A model generated the notes under the pieces. It did not search any database. It had not been told where the DNA came from and worked only from the letters and a program-made list of their open reading frames with translations. Shown here piece by piece: positions 37,901 through 43,472 of a DNA stretch of 64,000 nucleotides. Source of the DNA: an uncultured Clostridia bacterium (GTDB taxonomy: Bacteria > Bacillota > Clostridia > Christensenellales > UBA1242); NCBI GenBank assembly GCA_937925475.1, contig CALEWH010000022.1, forward strand, positions 82,835-146,834. Reading direction: 5' to 3'. Made by a program: the position numbers and the translations under genes. Within the stretch, counting starts at the first letter, position 1; every line of letters begins with the position of its first letter.

Positions 37901-39385
37901 ACTCGAATTGCTAGATGTGCGCGACCAACCACCAAAATAGTATCCGTCTCTAACAATTTGAGGCATGCTTGCAATGTCTCTCAATTTGTCAAATCCATTT
38001 TCACTTACTGGTTGGTTGTCATATGTCTTGTTGTTGTATTTGTACGAGATGTGAAGATATTCTTCCCAGTTGGCATACAAAATATATGTCCTGACCCCAG
38101 GCTCCAAAAATGAAAAACCAGGGTCACGATTTGTGTAATAGTCATCAAAGTCTTCGGGATCAAATTGGGTTTGAGAATTGTATTCTACTCCACCGTTCTT
38201 CTCAGTAAACCAGCCCAAAAACTTGTGCGATACTATCGAAGTGTTTGTGCTATAATACACTCTGCCTTCAAGTAACTCGTTGCTATACACTCCACCGTCG
38301 ATAGTGCCCATTTTGGCTTTATAATAAAAACCTTTTTTGGCTTTGAAATAATCTGAGTTTAGCACACTGCCATTTGAATCTGGCACCATTATTGACGAAT
38401 TGGCAATCGAATATATACTGCCAGGGCGCGCATCTTTGTTTAGACTAAATAGCACATTAAACTTTACTACTTGCCATTTTGCAAATAGCACAATAGGTTT
38501 TGAATTATCAACATCATGAATAGGAGAAAGGTTTGAATTTGAAAGTTGGTTTAGACCCATATACACTTGGTCAAAATTAACCGCTTTTTCAAAGTTTTCA
38601 TCTAAGTACCAACCTACAAATTGATAATAACCTTTTTCGTTTGAAGGTACTTCTGGTACTTCCATTTTGTATGAGTATTTGTACGAAAGATATTTGTACA
38701 AAAGTTGGTTTTGCGAACTATATCTTACAAAACCATCATTATCTACGACCACATTTGCGTCTTTGCTAAGGTCTTGTATGTAAAAACTTACATCATAAGT
38801 ATTTGGTTCCCACACTGCAAACAAGTTTACATTTGACGCAGGCATCAAAAAGTCGCCACCTGCACCACACGCTGCGCTGTTTGCGTTTTGAGTAGTGGAC
38901 CAGCCCGCAAATGTATAACCTAGTTTTGCCGAGTTTAGAGTTATTTTATTGCCATTAAGGACAATCTCTTCACTGCCATCAGGAGTCTTTACATAATCGT
39001 TGATGTGTTTTGTCACAGCGTCATAAATGTCTGTGTACACCACGCCGTCTAAGACACAATTGTATGTAAGCGAATAGTCGATAGCTTCAAACTTTGCATA
39101 AAGTTCGATATCATTACTCAACGCTTCATTATATTGGAATGGGTCGGTACATTCTTGGTCCCTAAACCATCCTACAAATCTATAACCTTCTTTTTCAGGT
39201 TTTTTAAGCGCCGGTATGCTCGAATTTTTCTTTATTTGGAGCGTATCGTATAGCTCGTTGTCGCTAATAAGGTGAATAGAAACCCTAGGATAATAATTGA
39301 TGTACAACAAAGTAGATACTAGGACTAGTAGCACCAATATTGTGATTAAGATAATATTTATCAACAATTTTTTTCGTTTACTCAT
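19901..39385 (-). CDS. Giant membrane-anchored surface protein, 6,494 aa: N-terminal TM anchor, InlB-B-repeat (Listeria-Bacteroides repeat) array, unassigned N/Y/S-rich region, BspA-type leucine-rich repeats
   Basis: The frame is open for 19,485 nt, while every competing ORF across the span is <=135 aa. The N-terminus is MSKRKKLLINIILITILVLLVLVSTLLYI. Repeats end in signatures such as EGYRFVGWF, LGYTFAGWS, YYQFVGWY, HKFLGWF, GYYFGGWS, HTFKGWV, KVFVGWA and GYSFAGWS. LRR-type segments include IGDYGISGCTNLKTLSG, INESAFAGSSIKYLTF and IKENAFKNTHLSEVRLPRTL. A GGGAGAA SD lies 4-5 nt upstream of the ATG. Confidence 0.9.
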   Translation of the reverse strand: MSKRKKLLINIILITILVLLVLVSTLLYINYYPRVSIHLISDNELYDTLQIKKNSSIPALKKPEKEGYRFVGWFRDQECTDPFQYNEALSNDIELYAKFEAIDYSLTYNCVLDGVVYTDIYDAVTKHINDYVKTPDGSEEIVLNGNKITLNSAKLGYTFAGWSTTQNANSAACGAGGDFLMPASNVNLFAVWEPNTYDVSFYIQDLSKDANVVVDNDGFVRYSSQNQLLYKYLSYKYSYKMEVPEVPSNEKGYYQFVGWYLDENFEKAVNFDQVYMGLNQLSNSNLSPIHDVDNSKPIVLFAKWQVVKFNVLFSLNKDARPGSIYSIANSSIMVPDSNGSVLNSDYFKAKKGFYYKAKMGTIDGGVYSNELLEGRVYYSTNTSIVSHKFLGWFTEKNGGVEYNSQTQFDPEDFDDYYTNRDPGFSFLEPGVRTYILYANWEEYLHISYKYNNKTYDNQPVSENGFDKLRDIASMPQIVRDGYYFGGWSRTSSNSSPEVYDTKTNYKFITNAAQMGEKDTFLFANGVRSVSLYPYWKPNEYHIKYDFSINTLADGKVTCIEKDPQNIVFSEYLQAKLLENPVVKYNTKVDGQWENHIVYNAINTQGESNATYVVGSVVYLLCGWALVDSDNKVLATYNDGEMLTASSKQADLYKYSTKVSQARDDGEYTFTIKAIWTTQVVVSFDKGFEDVEGDVPESIKTMTGKNISIPTGPNPTRPYHTFKGWVLAKDRFTSDGVTENYSPATRYVSRNSVAFATDTTLYASWEPIRYTLNIYNTNVDGSRSSRILQVGMTYKDFGVNISKVTLGQIIGYGTDSKTITNPSGYALDGFTLSAGGDVVFANGTDITISTKYDDADGNKVALFDPLKSSTVNIYVKYSIKEYTLSVEVKDPDGNPLEGFETIVIEKVRHGVAVNDFISTNKIKTKISLPDGIVYDYWKISGIDENIDDIDKCYVEIDSDMTITLYTKIETFTLTLSRRNPVTNKLSDPVVYENIAYGTSLNDVSGIDISLENYFGYESGKWYRNGEVINTDEFVVESDVTLVSGYDAKEINIIYHKSTDSSETVAKTVTVPFAQNFNLPDQSLDDGFKVENMALNKWTLIDGKDFGKTFEDVELSLKYLAEKLGISEEDVTLLFSDVDGTLTLDLYASYAQLYYLSFATSDGTFRYEGSSSKKVQYVSGDEIDLISFVRDNISSVVASTGYVYDRYWKVVGDDDSKFDITEVKYGYTITKDIEIIPVIEKEKYTIQFVAVYGDNDAPVIENSTLSNKTLGDSFNIPSSDDIQNILVHNGVSYRALKWYLNNNAYEMGASITIDESIIEGGSTYIVVRLQMAKLRSFTYYVSKNGVTDPTITGATGDVIKVGLDSEGKAFDLNKDAYSDVLTGWKIGDTVYNIGDEYEITDSTPDVFVAVWETKKITIVYHANNGTNTVKEQEISYGVANSLIAVADTGFVKEMYRITSWKDDNGTTFALGATITLKQNGKYNLYAQWTRVYEIKYTDGKNTIADSELLYEGGVFTLPSADEYATAFIKVGHYINAWKYGNKTFDPGATTDINGLGNPDTKDIVFEVEWGADTLTITIVYTDVNESEYSRNSISIEYGNTPDIDFDTTRQTIYDANGIQYSFVQFKDANNKTYNVVDGKIEVGVVTQTLTLTTVYKKVLKLTYDLSAFGKANQTIDAEDGKVIGAGLNNTPFLEVSDKVAGKVFVGWADQDGNKYKAITSGSGYNYIKNMADHFTITTNVTLSPILLDEYKIVVWENLTNAGEFKDKDEYTLVEEDTNEFVYGDEYVGFVMSGADYVYNPSATTSYDAKFTFVLTSDLASQYLTTKEIHLYPIKTIKVTFVIEATGYSKQEKYKAGKVISLPADATTSDTANAYFDSWELEDGTAVDFGVQNKYYQDTTIRAVYKDFYSVQYKGAESNQSQAAGHDNKKIKLNEEFTLMSESEATAIYQKDGHTLKGFYLCYSEDGVAGDHYGTIVNFAHKFNVSDFLAQNKPNQKDIFVFPAWEKATMTISFASNPDSTEFTYSNSKNYADSKQYTVEAGSTYTVSASDNTWSITFKHITDLTTRTTEEVTVSIKANRVNINYSITNWLFQYSNGWSDETIKNNGEFKYVSNILIGFNYDKDVVSLNVTVRHNDQVVNWEILTVGGQATSSVSDSAESGAMVYTITVKDPSNQNKVYMLDGWYIQGSSGNFVSLSTVSRDDIKVSNGGWTLTITALKDSATLYVNFIDGYVKITQKSEFVDGRDVSQEVSLDGGLTAKYIYGVQIVDKENCNIEEYYPISGSSILSVNPKASLNITYFLETDQNWQLYGIYIVESGQLIEGTWVTASENYDEFRIGYTLTSTTPLTFKFVVVPKTITVSFTGYDGSQIDTKNYEYNARINTLSDVTMPQDQTSNGVKNTFVSWQYDGSDVNLNMVLTSDITINSKWERLYKVVVNNGSSDQEHWLIYRDGTSNLSSANGVYSNFVSLTAVVKNNYSHTGYLIEAYKGGSVIKSNTTKTKLYTSYLKNDFIQSDFDKVDYIKISPTYEKMYTIIVKNEDGSISETLKDKYRVNDIFTVANPTKAGYSFAGWSVSYKTSGNDKTYKISKFDSTSLSNCGISPENDIILSANNQFEIYFTPEFVVNSYNISFATNNESMGSVSSPAVYSINYDTTITFTFDSNGGTAKFVDANGRQVEITYTSLNGNTFTGFYDSLSSAVKLGSSIVFKYENDVVIYGVFKLNPVTVTATLMSKSGSDEYSTELIGGSIKVGNGEAVNGVNNFTTYSSSDTFEFVLTPEKGFKLTSVTYTMGGASAATLSPDASGKYSILLTGDCAIDVLFDALQTSLQMSVNNTTTLTNTPYAYIYSSETDATKIDKTFESLSAQEISTDYYLKEGTVIVNANPDYYSIDKFTYKINGGAETAFSKLRIEEVSTGYKLSFMYQSESIEIIVYIKAKQVEVTYYDMDLSGNKVMGTRYFDYGITLTNDKISANSPKTLVEYRFDKDGNSTTVPTSVVGGLNFKYIWGYKDASGMIVEIGNSGYTLNSDVEIYPISEKHYFLTYEGVHASALTDSFSASNTVNLKKLSLSTGYELAGYKVYLGLNKSVEGITITYNGTNFIYNNEIVNTCDISMFADGHASFASSRDKNDFSIYLEAIEKVKEYEIKFEIESTSAGDGTIEVVGSDGSKETYNKNQTAIYKIPHFYKLQYSVVAGVKTIKVLNASSVVQYTVRYVPASACVCGKLQYNKNNGNWSEINSDTTLAVENTMNFKCIFNNSNGHVDFVFKVDANIPDAWILALTINNGGNNIEYVMGLYDESGNFVERNTSYTTFNRKQLKYSDLKVLRVIMERTKSFTYSIEYNSTYYKNSNISKTYTIINDGSEMINVTASVSWYETNYYTYFYNGSTSEENSDYGHALVHYKNAVKDANNYITGYTPTTVDSTASNFSWYEGDQIYLTLVDVANGYELLGIYDGTNPTTSNKIASKESATNRYVVNKDNKDEYVYVIFQEQTLSFTFAIATSSDIDPKIKVAEKSFKATDIDGFKEYAKGLTTYNGLSFNEYLVSGHIDESLKTKFANIMIGTITYDSVDYYWDISNHIINGVLDASTPVLAVTESAVLVAISTNSTEQGYFTYTDISANRNKLYVQYSSTSTQVQGESVYERVTFKVVKNTSYSNIPSITPKPNGGYKHNGYSITTNGTTQQVESLSGVDATNEANVEVLFVEKSYSVTISVVDNNGNKICDPFTDTYKAKENFNTIRAKLIEYLKSALSSNYGGVNGDGYVYDETNQVFTLLKDCVDEKIYYIIDTKLKLDASNYVKEYDEFLCDCFGPNESKELSIDCTSYAKSSIKLHSTYSNLDKDSNNYVYLYIGQMTRFAEDIEKQTEIYLPEGEFDLGKIFVKCNNNIISLIDCAKYSNNMGCSSIGENSQYSHFKSNNNNYLTLFDFDTETKIRSIINQNGTPTNTSIIIDSTNQVLEEVFIDSYNVNVYIYTIEDDKEVLSKYGVDNWYDDRVMYPFGKCWEGKKIDKNTIIQQLKDVDSAHVDKIYTFAQSNDMYYIDKSKNLTKSPVDDNNGFIVDGNNANYNDVSLAVLVNIIWKTQEFSIVTDPCLSAQTQATINYSITYLQYEQNGIRLFDKVDGIKVKSNNAPYLWDVSAQNWTLNDLYESSNIWTPSGYLFWGYMDYDNGKLISKESGSTYYYNNNGMVEEFSGDSVLFSYGDMKHTIVSCCSYTELRTVYVQENYEVKLGRSVSDILLSKDMKTNNQVETSKGTISYLFGDNPSYKYAYDAYGFKITNITYYNHYGQKQINTNVNISNPIALDVMLNSTIYLTICYSTWYSMDNSSEGMVEIENASSTSINGVSYTTKNLTINTLALDSNEVYIPMNSYYTQYNVPSSNSDYDVNRNNGNHLLLNLDNWCFPKGLKYSIEPQWNNYGIFELKYTQSVDDPANTPGPKDGFTITKKSNSSKILVMKNPKNSYINGSSIISGELDSGELINTNIVGIESFEYKTLSAQVKVNNVNMSIESLKTYALIVNNQKIYGIVYGNSYYLGVNNDTFGTTFRYITINSIIESYRDNIIEEESGLFSGSNSTVNYNGKTKTITSNSNVGDFNIDLTNKDQTIVFEFITKTAQQYTFAINKEFNLKDKKDEKEFDKFRNNIGFIDVDLQHDVGELEGNGKVYGTNRFVDSIQISSDSIIISGYGYDGGIVKLTYEDSKLVINFYESASASIPSKTIYIRIGPEGNSLQSSGSLNKDSGGDITPVPGGGEDISETDYSSIVNFREINITYNLLTSSTTTNNNTAYIGVSYTKIECDSKLLYSVYYRNDIGDDQINKIRTLLINWMKEDVFTSASINQYTYDTVLKRPYYISEAVVRENYVEGVDYLDREKISSELDADSMWSSIKDNNNNKIACYGDYLTANNLFLVLNKDNMDNMKFDRLYGLVGTNNADLFRYSWNESSCEFIPYEDNTLNIVNCTLTISFEKLDTLRELRFDDDGMDSYVDSYGNTKVVEGTSFKVKTRHYYDRTFSWASDYEDLVKNGKGFNRIVYRYLPGQTQDIGFTNNKNFEISNKYASVKLVAKNNKYYTIDASSVIFNTERTAYTIVVFNKEIDKDGYKRFYDNNNKDGYYSQKIYYSTSKEYDAHKDNQTIEYVTVKVNKNNNYKREWYKVANFTTNSANFNTTTYITIITDFSKIKSTKYSTLKDHDNDPQNKDKGFIAIYPVYGPEQDNYDNSIFTYSEDGYSITGWNNTDNAASQKFFTNKPEKLTIPEWNFRGNNAYKINTIDFNDSGHANSAINNYTYKPSDIKFIYIGKNITKINTMTDKYDSSSDILNNTNNKYPSIARLSWSLDGSSKLVGYVVDPYNTNYCSWGCYRSSSPALLSHGMLFDKTKDTLLHCPAYFASGGSWVSYLNGDGSTYEQLAGDDRWDDIQPFETIKTIDPFAFAYKQRMWYDGLYGVCTTLDLTNIEMVGTGAFYGSSGDFARTIEFGSKIEKTGWSLIENKEGSTNKEDSTNVWFMGNVPFLASEEGFYHYYYINNERKTIPRSSEAILRSNPQNSGVFVTVYYQADYDVDCWQYTNISREYAMRTYNSKTLLFSYSSSDENEHIKFVIIEAPASAFYISGGIVKGIKLAQLSSLRSSIMMPLHDVNGNKITGVDYIGLVGSSGNKINQTTTLKNFNTLILNDYSYLGSILSTYNTSTGGSYSPGVTYNTIRFANGLDMTKTIKMGDGVHSPFGDNGAFNVKFVYLERVNEIKNCTTYLPNDTIVTLKLSSTSSVSIGNNALRDMTALSTLSGQMKTIGDYGISGCTNLKTLSGYDENEKGLMLIGMHFADGSGLTEISFSPDLRSVGGHDEDISADKIDTYLCGMSKLEKIKIYGLEDYAKYLYSDGVTSKPNYWTRDGILYGNNTGGLDYDYYLLKVPEAKSVTKINMYTDLTGDMLLGANKIAEGAMANNVSTDVTLYMRAYQIKQINESAFAGSSIKYLTFDCYVGLNSNSLDGAFTGATYLQSITITGGGGGGTSIYSSKDGWLRVANGDDSGRLYYVPENWGGTSGVTFELNCYNCGVTKIHAGSFDYNRSITTINITGTMSSGYDVLTSIDPAAFQNMRAIKSINVDKNQSYASYDGVLLQRLTTTSTSVGTYAYYHYYDILCPDGHVVQTNDIREVSMSANPSVEDGTSLKSIIKNKSIYVENSTEGSLFPYTYISGKQYTCSQCPKWSVIDYASSEYAYVKYNSSVSTAQSYYADGTYSLIYVPQYRGVIREFKENGVLNDETIESDLSVLNLDRDDLVYYNDRYLITTIKENAFKNTHLSEVRLPRTLIEGGIERNAFYNASSYLKRIYTSSINAINVFSSDAISNGLFGSRNSTTYICLLNYKYYSIVGHWTNSNYINLMENTSLNLSGAGSGNTANYNMLKFYYKDTPDNVKLWETFNDKMLFGWLNKNRSYGTIDIGDGRYEIQCTGCERYYAVDENVTDDPLYLFIIRSGYYEWNGYCRNCMLYTDHTGASITPDYGMCLSAQL

Positions 39386-39409
39386 GATGTTCTCCCATTT
39401 ATATATATA

Positions 39410-39438
39410 AATATATATAAAAGTACAATAATTGTCAA
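39410..39438 (-). promoter_or_regulatory. Candidate sigma-A promoter of the giant gene
   Basis: On the minus strand: TTGACA (39438-39433), a 17-nt spacer, then TATATT (39415-39410), about 25 nt upstream of the ATG. Confidence 0.4.
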
Positions 39439-39493
39439 ACTAAAATCCTAGTATATTTTAAGTTTTTGCTGGGCAGTCTAAAAACGCCAATTT

Positions 39494-40765
39494 CTAAAAC
39501 TTGTCTTTAATTTTTATATCCAAAACAATTTGACAGTCCTGCAAATAATCTTCTTCCGAATGGGTCGACATATATTTTTCCCATTGTTTTGTTTTGCGCT
39601 TTGAAAATACATCGACAAACTCCATAATGTCAATATTGTTTTGGCGCGATTTTTCCATAACTCCGTCTGCACCTTTCTTGATTTTTTCTTTGATTGCGTC
39701 CTTAATATTTTCGCCAATGTGAGTTTTTGCATTGTCCATTTGCTCGACACTTGTTTTTGTGTCGCATATCTCATAAAGCGCTACAATAAGCGTCATTTCG
39801 CATTTTATTGTTGGCTTTCCATCATCAAAATAAAACGAATTTTTATTGATTATCTGGATTATGTCAAGCCCCACATTTGCATTTGATTTGTCGCTGTCAC
39901 TAATGTTTTCTAATAACATAAAAGTCGACCTTAATGACTTATTGTATATCTCGTAAAAAAGTGTTTCTTCTTTATCTATTTCACACACTCTTTTGCCCTT
40001 TTTCAAAAACAACAATTTCTCTGTGCCCTTGATTTTTTCTGTCTCTTCGTTTTCGCTTCCGCCACCCGAATCACTTCCGCCACTTTGTCCGCTTTGTTCG
40101 CTCGAATTGCCACTCTCACCACTGCTCTCTTGTCCGCCACCTTGACTCTTATCGTCTTCGGGTTTTTCTATGTCGTACACATTAAGATATGTGATTCCAC
40201 TTTTGCCAAAATACATCCGATATATTGTGTCAATATTACTGCCCGCTCCCATTGTAGACTTGTTGTCTTTTTGCACTAGATTTGTAAGTAAAACTGTCGA
40301 CAACGATTTTGTGTTTAGCGCAGTCTCCAACATCTTTTTTGCCCCGCCAGCACAGTTTACTATATAGGCTCTTTTTGTGATGTTGTACTGTCTTACAAAA
40401 TAGTCAATTGTTTTTGTGATGTCGTCTTCAAGCACTTCATCATTTACTACTATAAAGTCACAGTGTGCAAGCCCTATGCTCTTGCCGATATTGTGCGACA
40501 TTTGATTAAAGGCTTCGCCTACCGTTTTGCCCTTGGTCGAAACCAAATACAAATTGCTACTTGGGTCACTTGTATTGGACGGAACAACCATAAGGCTACT
40601 AATTTCGTACTCGTCATCTTTCTTGTCTATCCCGACCGCTGTTATTATCGCCCGTGTATCCGACTCGGCTTCACGATAAAAGGCTTTTGGGAAAAACACA
40701 AGCGCCAAAAGTAAAAACACAATCCACGTTTTGTTTTTGGCAAGTTTTTTGAAAAAATGTTTCAT
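39494..40765 (-). CDS. Spore germination protein, Ger(x)C family (C subunit of a GerA-type receptor)
   Basis: It is third in a gerAA-AB-AC-like order, with a 4-nt overlap with the B subunit. AIITAVGIDKKDDEYEIS matches the Ger(x)C N-domain start. It has an unusual G/S/E-rich insert and no lipobox Cys (see findings). Confidence 0.7.
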   Translation of the reverse strand: MKHFFKKLAKNKTWIVFLLLALVFFPKAFYREAESDTRAIITAVGIDKKDDEYEISSLMVVPSNTSDPSSNLYLVSTKGKTVGEAFNQMSHNIGKSIGLAHCDFIVVNDEVLEDDITKTIDYFVRQYNITKRAYIVNCAGGAKKMLETALNTKSLSTVLLTNLVQKDNKSTMGAGSNIDTIYRMYFGKSGITYLNVYDIEKPEDDKSQGGGQESSGESGNSSEQSGQSGGSDSGGGSENEETEKIKGTEKLLFLKKGKRVCEIDKEETLFYEIYNKSLRSTFMLLENISDSDKSNANVGLDIIQIINKNSFYFDDGKPTIKCEMTLIVALYEICDTKTSVEQMDNAKTHIGENIKDAIKEKIKKGADGVMEKSRQNNIDIMEFVDVFSKRKTKQWEKYMSTHSEEDYLQDCQIVLDIKIKDKF

Positions 40766-41883
40766 GCCTTCACCTTCTTTTGCCTAGTTTTTGGATAGAC
40801 TGATTTTTGTTTGTTTTTGAAAATTGTAGATGCAATCCAGTACAACGACGGAACAAGCACTTGTATAATTACAGACGATATGAAAAAGTAAGGTGATATG
40901 ATTATTTTAACACCTTGTGCTAGCGAAAAGTACAATCCATACATACAAGCGATAATGATAGCAATTATTATTGCATTGTATATATTTTCGTGCTTTACTG
41001 TGAAAATGTTTTTTAACATACATTTTGAGCAAAGCAACATAAGTAAGATTTGAAGTATAAGAGTCACTGTCCACACGATTATATTTAGCCATTCGAGTCT
41101 TCCGTCATCAAGCGGAACTTGCGACTGCAATGGCAAGTCACTAACAGCAAGCGATTGCATGACTGACACGTCTCCAAATATGCCCACAAAAACAGTATGG
41201 AAAAATATAACGACCAAATCTGCAATAATTATGTACTTATAAATTTTGCGTGCAGACTTGTTTTCGTACTTTATGTTTCCCGCAAACAAAACAAGTATCA
41301 AATAGTCACCAAATCCAAAGTTTGTAGTTATTGTTGCATTTGCGACTGGCGCAAACCCATTTTGCAAAAATGGTAGGAAATTGTCAATTTCTACCTTAGT
41401 TATTGACATAAAGATAGATGTTATTGTCCCAAGCACTATAATTACCCAACAAAGTTCGATCGAACGCGAATATGATTTTACGCCCTTATTTAGCACAAAC
41501 CAAGCAAGTGTAAGAATAGGAATAATAAAATAATACCAGTCGAGTTGGTCGTACAAAAGCACAAAAAAGAAGTTGTGACATTCTTTCATTGCAAGAACTG
41601 CTTTTGCTATAAAATACAAAAATAGTAGTAGAAAAATAAATCTACTAAATATCTTTCCAAACACTGATTCCATTATGTCTTTAATAGTTTTGTCAGGGTT
41701 TTTCTTCATTGCCGAAATCATAACAATAGTAAAAAACATCTCTATCATAAAAGACAATACAACGCTTAAATATGCATTGTTTTGAGCATATCTAGCGACA
41801 AGTGCTGGATATATCAACAATTTTAATGACAATATAGAAACAAACATACATATGCCAACTTGGCGTTCGGTCGCTTTATACAT
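40762..41883 (-). CDS. Spore germination protein, GerAB/GerKB-type permease-like subunit
   Basis: 373 aa with about 10 predicted hydrophobic helices. It sits between the A and C subunits with 1-nt and 4-nt overlaps. Confidence 0.75.
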   Translation of the reverse strand: MYKATERQVGICMFVSILSLKLLIYPALVARYAQNNAYLSVVLSFMIEMFFTIVMISAMKKNPDKTIKDIMESVFGKIFSRFIFLLLFLYFIAKAVLAMKECHNFFFVLLYDQLDWYYFIIPILTLAWFVLNKGVKSYSRSIELCWVIIVLGTITSIFMSITKVEIDNFLPFLQNGFAPVANATITTNFGFGDYLILVLFAGNIKYENKSARKIYKYIIIADLVVIFFHTVFVGIFGDVSVMQSLAVSDLPLQSQVPLDDGRLEWLNIIVWTVTLILQILLMLLCSKCMLKNIFTVKHENIYNAIIIAIIIACMYGLYFSLAQGVKIIISPYFFISSVIIQVLVPSLYWIASTIFKNKQKSVYPKTRQKKVKA

Positions 41884-43352
41884 TATTTTTGTCTCCTTTT
41901 GTTTTTATTGTGCAAACTCACTGGTCGATATTTCATATGCACGATGCTCTTTTTGAAAAAACCATCTTTTAAATCGGGTGAAACTCGTGGTGTAAATGGA
42001 GCAAAATATGGCACACCATAATTATCAAAATTATTAAGGAAAAAGTACAGATAAAGCGTAAACAATATCATTCCATAAAAACCTAACACCCCACCAGCAA
42101 GTGTATACATAATTCGCAATATGCTAAGCACACCAATTTGCTCAGGGATTGTATATAGCGTAATTCCGCTTAGTGCCACAATCATAACAGCTGGTGGTGA
42201 AATAAGCCCCGCCTTGACCGCAGTATCGCCCAAAATCAACGCTCCCACTATCGACATAGCCATTCCTAAGTACTTTGGCATACGAAGACTGGCTTCATAA
42301 AGTATCTCAAAGAGCACGAGGACAAACAAAATTTCGGCAAAAGGCGACAAAGGGATGCCTTGTGTCGAATTAACAACAGTAATCAAAAATGTCAGTGGAA
42401 TAACCTTATAATGATATAGTTGGACAGAAATATATAGTCCCGGAAGCATAAGTGTAGTGAAAATACTAAAAAGTCTTAACCACCTTAAAAGAGTGGCTCT
42501 AAGACTCGAATTATAATAATCTTCACTTTTTTGTATGTCTTCAAACAACATATATGGAAGTGTAAGCACCATTGGTGAGCCGTCCACTATTACACAAAGT
42601 CTTCCTTCAAGCATTTTCCCGCATACAATATCAGGTTTTTCAGCATTTCCTATTTGCTTAAAAAACGATGCTGGATGTTCTTCCAAATAGGCCGAAACAT
42701 AATACGAGTCAAGCACACCGTCAATATCTATGCGTTTTATGCGATCTTTGACCTTTTTAACCATGCTCAAATCACATACATCATCAAGATACATAATAAC
42801 CACATTTGTTTTTGTATATCTCCCGACCACAATTTTTTCAGATTTTAAGTGTGGAGTCGAAAGTATTTTATTTATAAGAGAAATATTTGTTTTATAGTTT
42901 TCTACAAAACCTTCACGCGGTCCTTGCAAAACCGAACTAGTAGGTGGCTCTTCCACACTTCTTTCTGGAAAACTATCAGTAGATACAATCAAAAACTCTT
43001 TACTATTTGGAAAAAGTAAAAGGCACTTGCCTTGCACCAATTCGTCAATACCTTTATCCAAATCCCACTCAGCCGATATCTCCCCCACGCACAAAACTTT
43101 TTCATTAATTATCTCAGGAGATATTGTTTCACCTTTATACTCATTGAGTGGCTTTACTATACTGTCAGCGATATATTTTGAATCACTCGATCCTTGAATA
43201 TAATACAAATAGATTTGAGCTTTGCCTTTTTTAATAATACGCTCAACAAATCCACCAACATTTTCAAATTTGTTTTTTATGTATTTTATATTAAGTTTTA
43301 TATCCTTATTTAAACTTTTCATACTGCACCATTTTTTGTTTATTTTGTGCAA
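41883..43352 (-). CDS. Spore germination protein, GerAA/GerKA-type subunit
   Basis: VEEPPTSSVLQGPREGFVENYKTNISLINKIL matches the GPREGF-E...N motif of the GerA family. The C-terminus is a membrane domain. The start may be the internal MKSLNKDIK. Confidence 0.8.
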   Translation of the reverse strand: MHKINKKWCSMKSLNKDIKLNIKYIKNKFENVGGFVERIIKKGKAQIYLYYIQGSSDSKYIADSIVKPLNEYKGETISPEIINEKVLCVGEISAEWDLDKGIDELVQGKCLLLFPNSKEFLIVSTDSFPERSVEEPPTSSVLQGPREGFVENYKTNISLINKILSTPHLKSEKIVVGRYTKTNVVIMYLDDVCDLSMVKKVKDRIKRIDIDGVLDSYYVSAYLEEHPASFFKQIGNAEKPDIVCGKMLEGRLCVIVDGSPMVLTLPYMLFEDIQKSEDYYNSSLRATLLRWLRLFSIFTTLMLPGLYISVQLYHYKVIPLTFLITVVNSTQGIPLSPFAEILFVLVLFEILYEASLRMPKYLGMAMSIVGALILGDTAVKAGLISPPAVMIVALSGITLYTIPEQIGVLSILRIMYTLAGGVLGFYGMILFTLYLYFFLNNFDNYGVPYFAPFTPRVSPDLKDGFFKKSIVHMKYRPVSLHNKNKRRQK

Positions 43353-43383
43353 TATTATTTACATAATACTTTGTGTGATAAAT

Positions 43384-43424
43384 AAAAAAACAGAAAAGTT
43401 GAAATAGACTTTTCTGTCAAAAAA
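43384..43424 (-). terminator. Terminator after the transglutaminase-like gene
   Basis: Arms ACAGAAAAGT (43390-43399) and ACTTTTCTGT (43408-43417) form a perfect 10-bp stem. A T-run follows on the minus strand. Confidence 0.65.
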
Positions 43425-43472
43425 CCATATGTTTGTGTCAATATTGTATTTTTAGTTGTCAAAAAATTATTT

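Noticed and set aside
19901-39385. About 25 short ORFs (60-135 aa) in the track inside or antisense to the giant gene, for example 35528..35935, 23591..23890 and 37847..38113.
   Set aside because: All are embedded in the 19.5-kb ORF, low-complexity, and lack an SD or any recognisable motif. They are expected by chance opposite a long coding frame. The same applies to antisense ORFs within secA, glpA-like, pheT (54752..55312), recD2 and tex (62546..63049).
19901-39385. A diversity-generating retroelement or phase-variable cassette system acting on the giant gene.
   Set aside because: There is no reverse transcriptase, template repeat, invertase or long homopolymer/SSR tract in or beside the gene. 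The only run I noticed is the GGGGG peptide segment. I could not detect near-identical DNA repeats by eye, though a proper self dot-plot was not possible.
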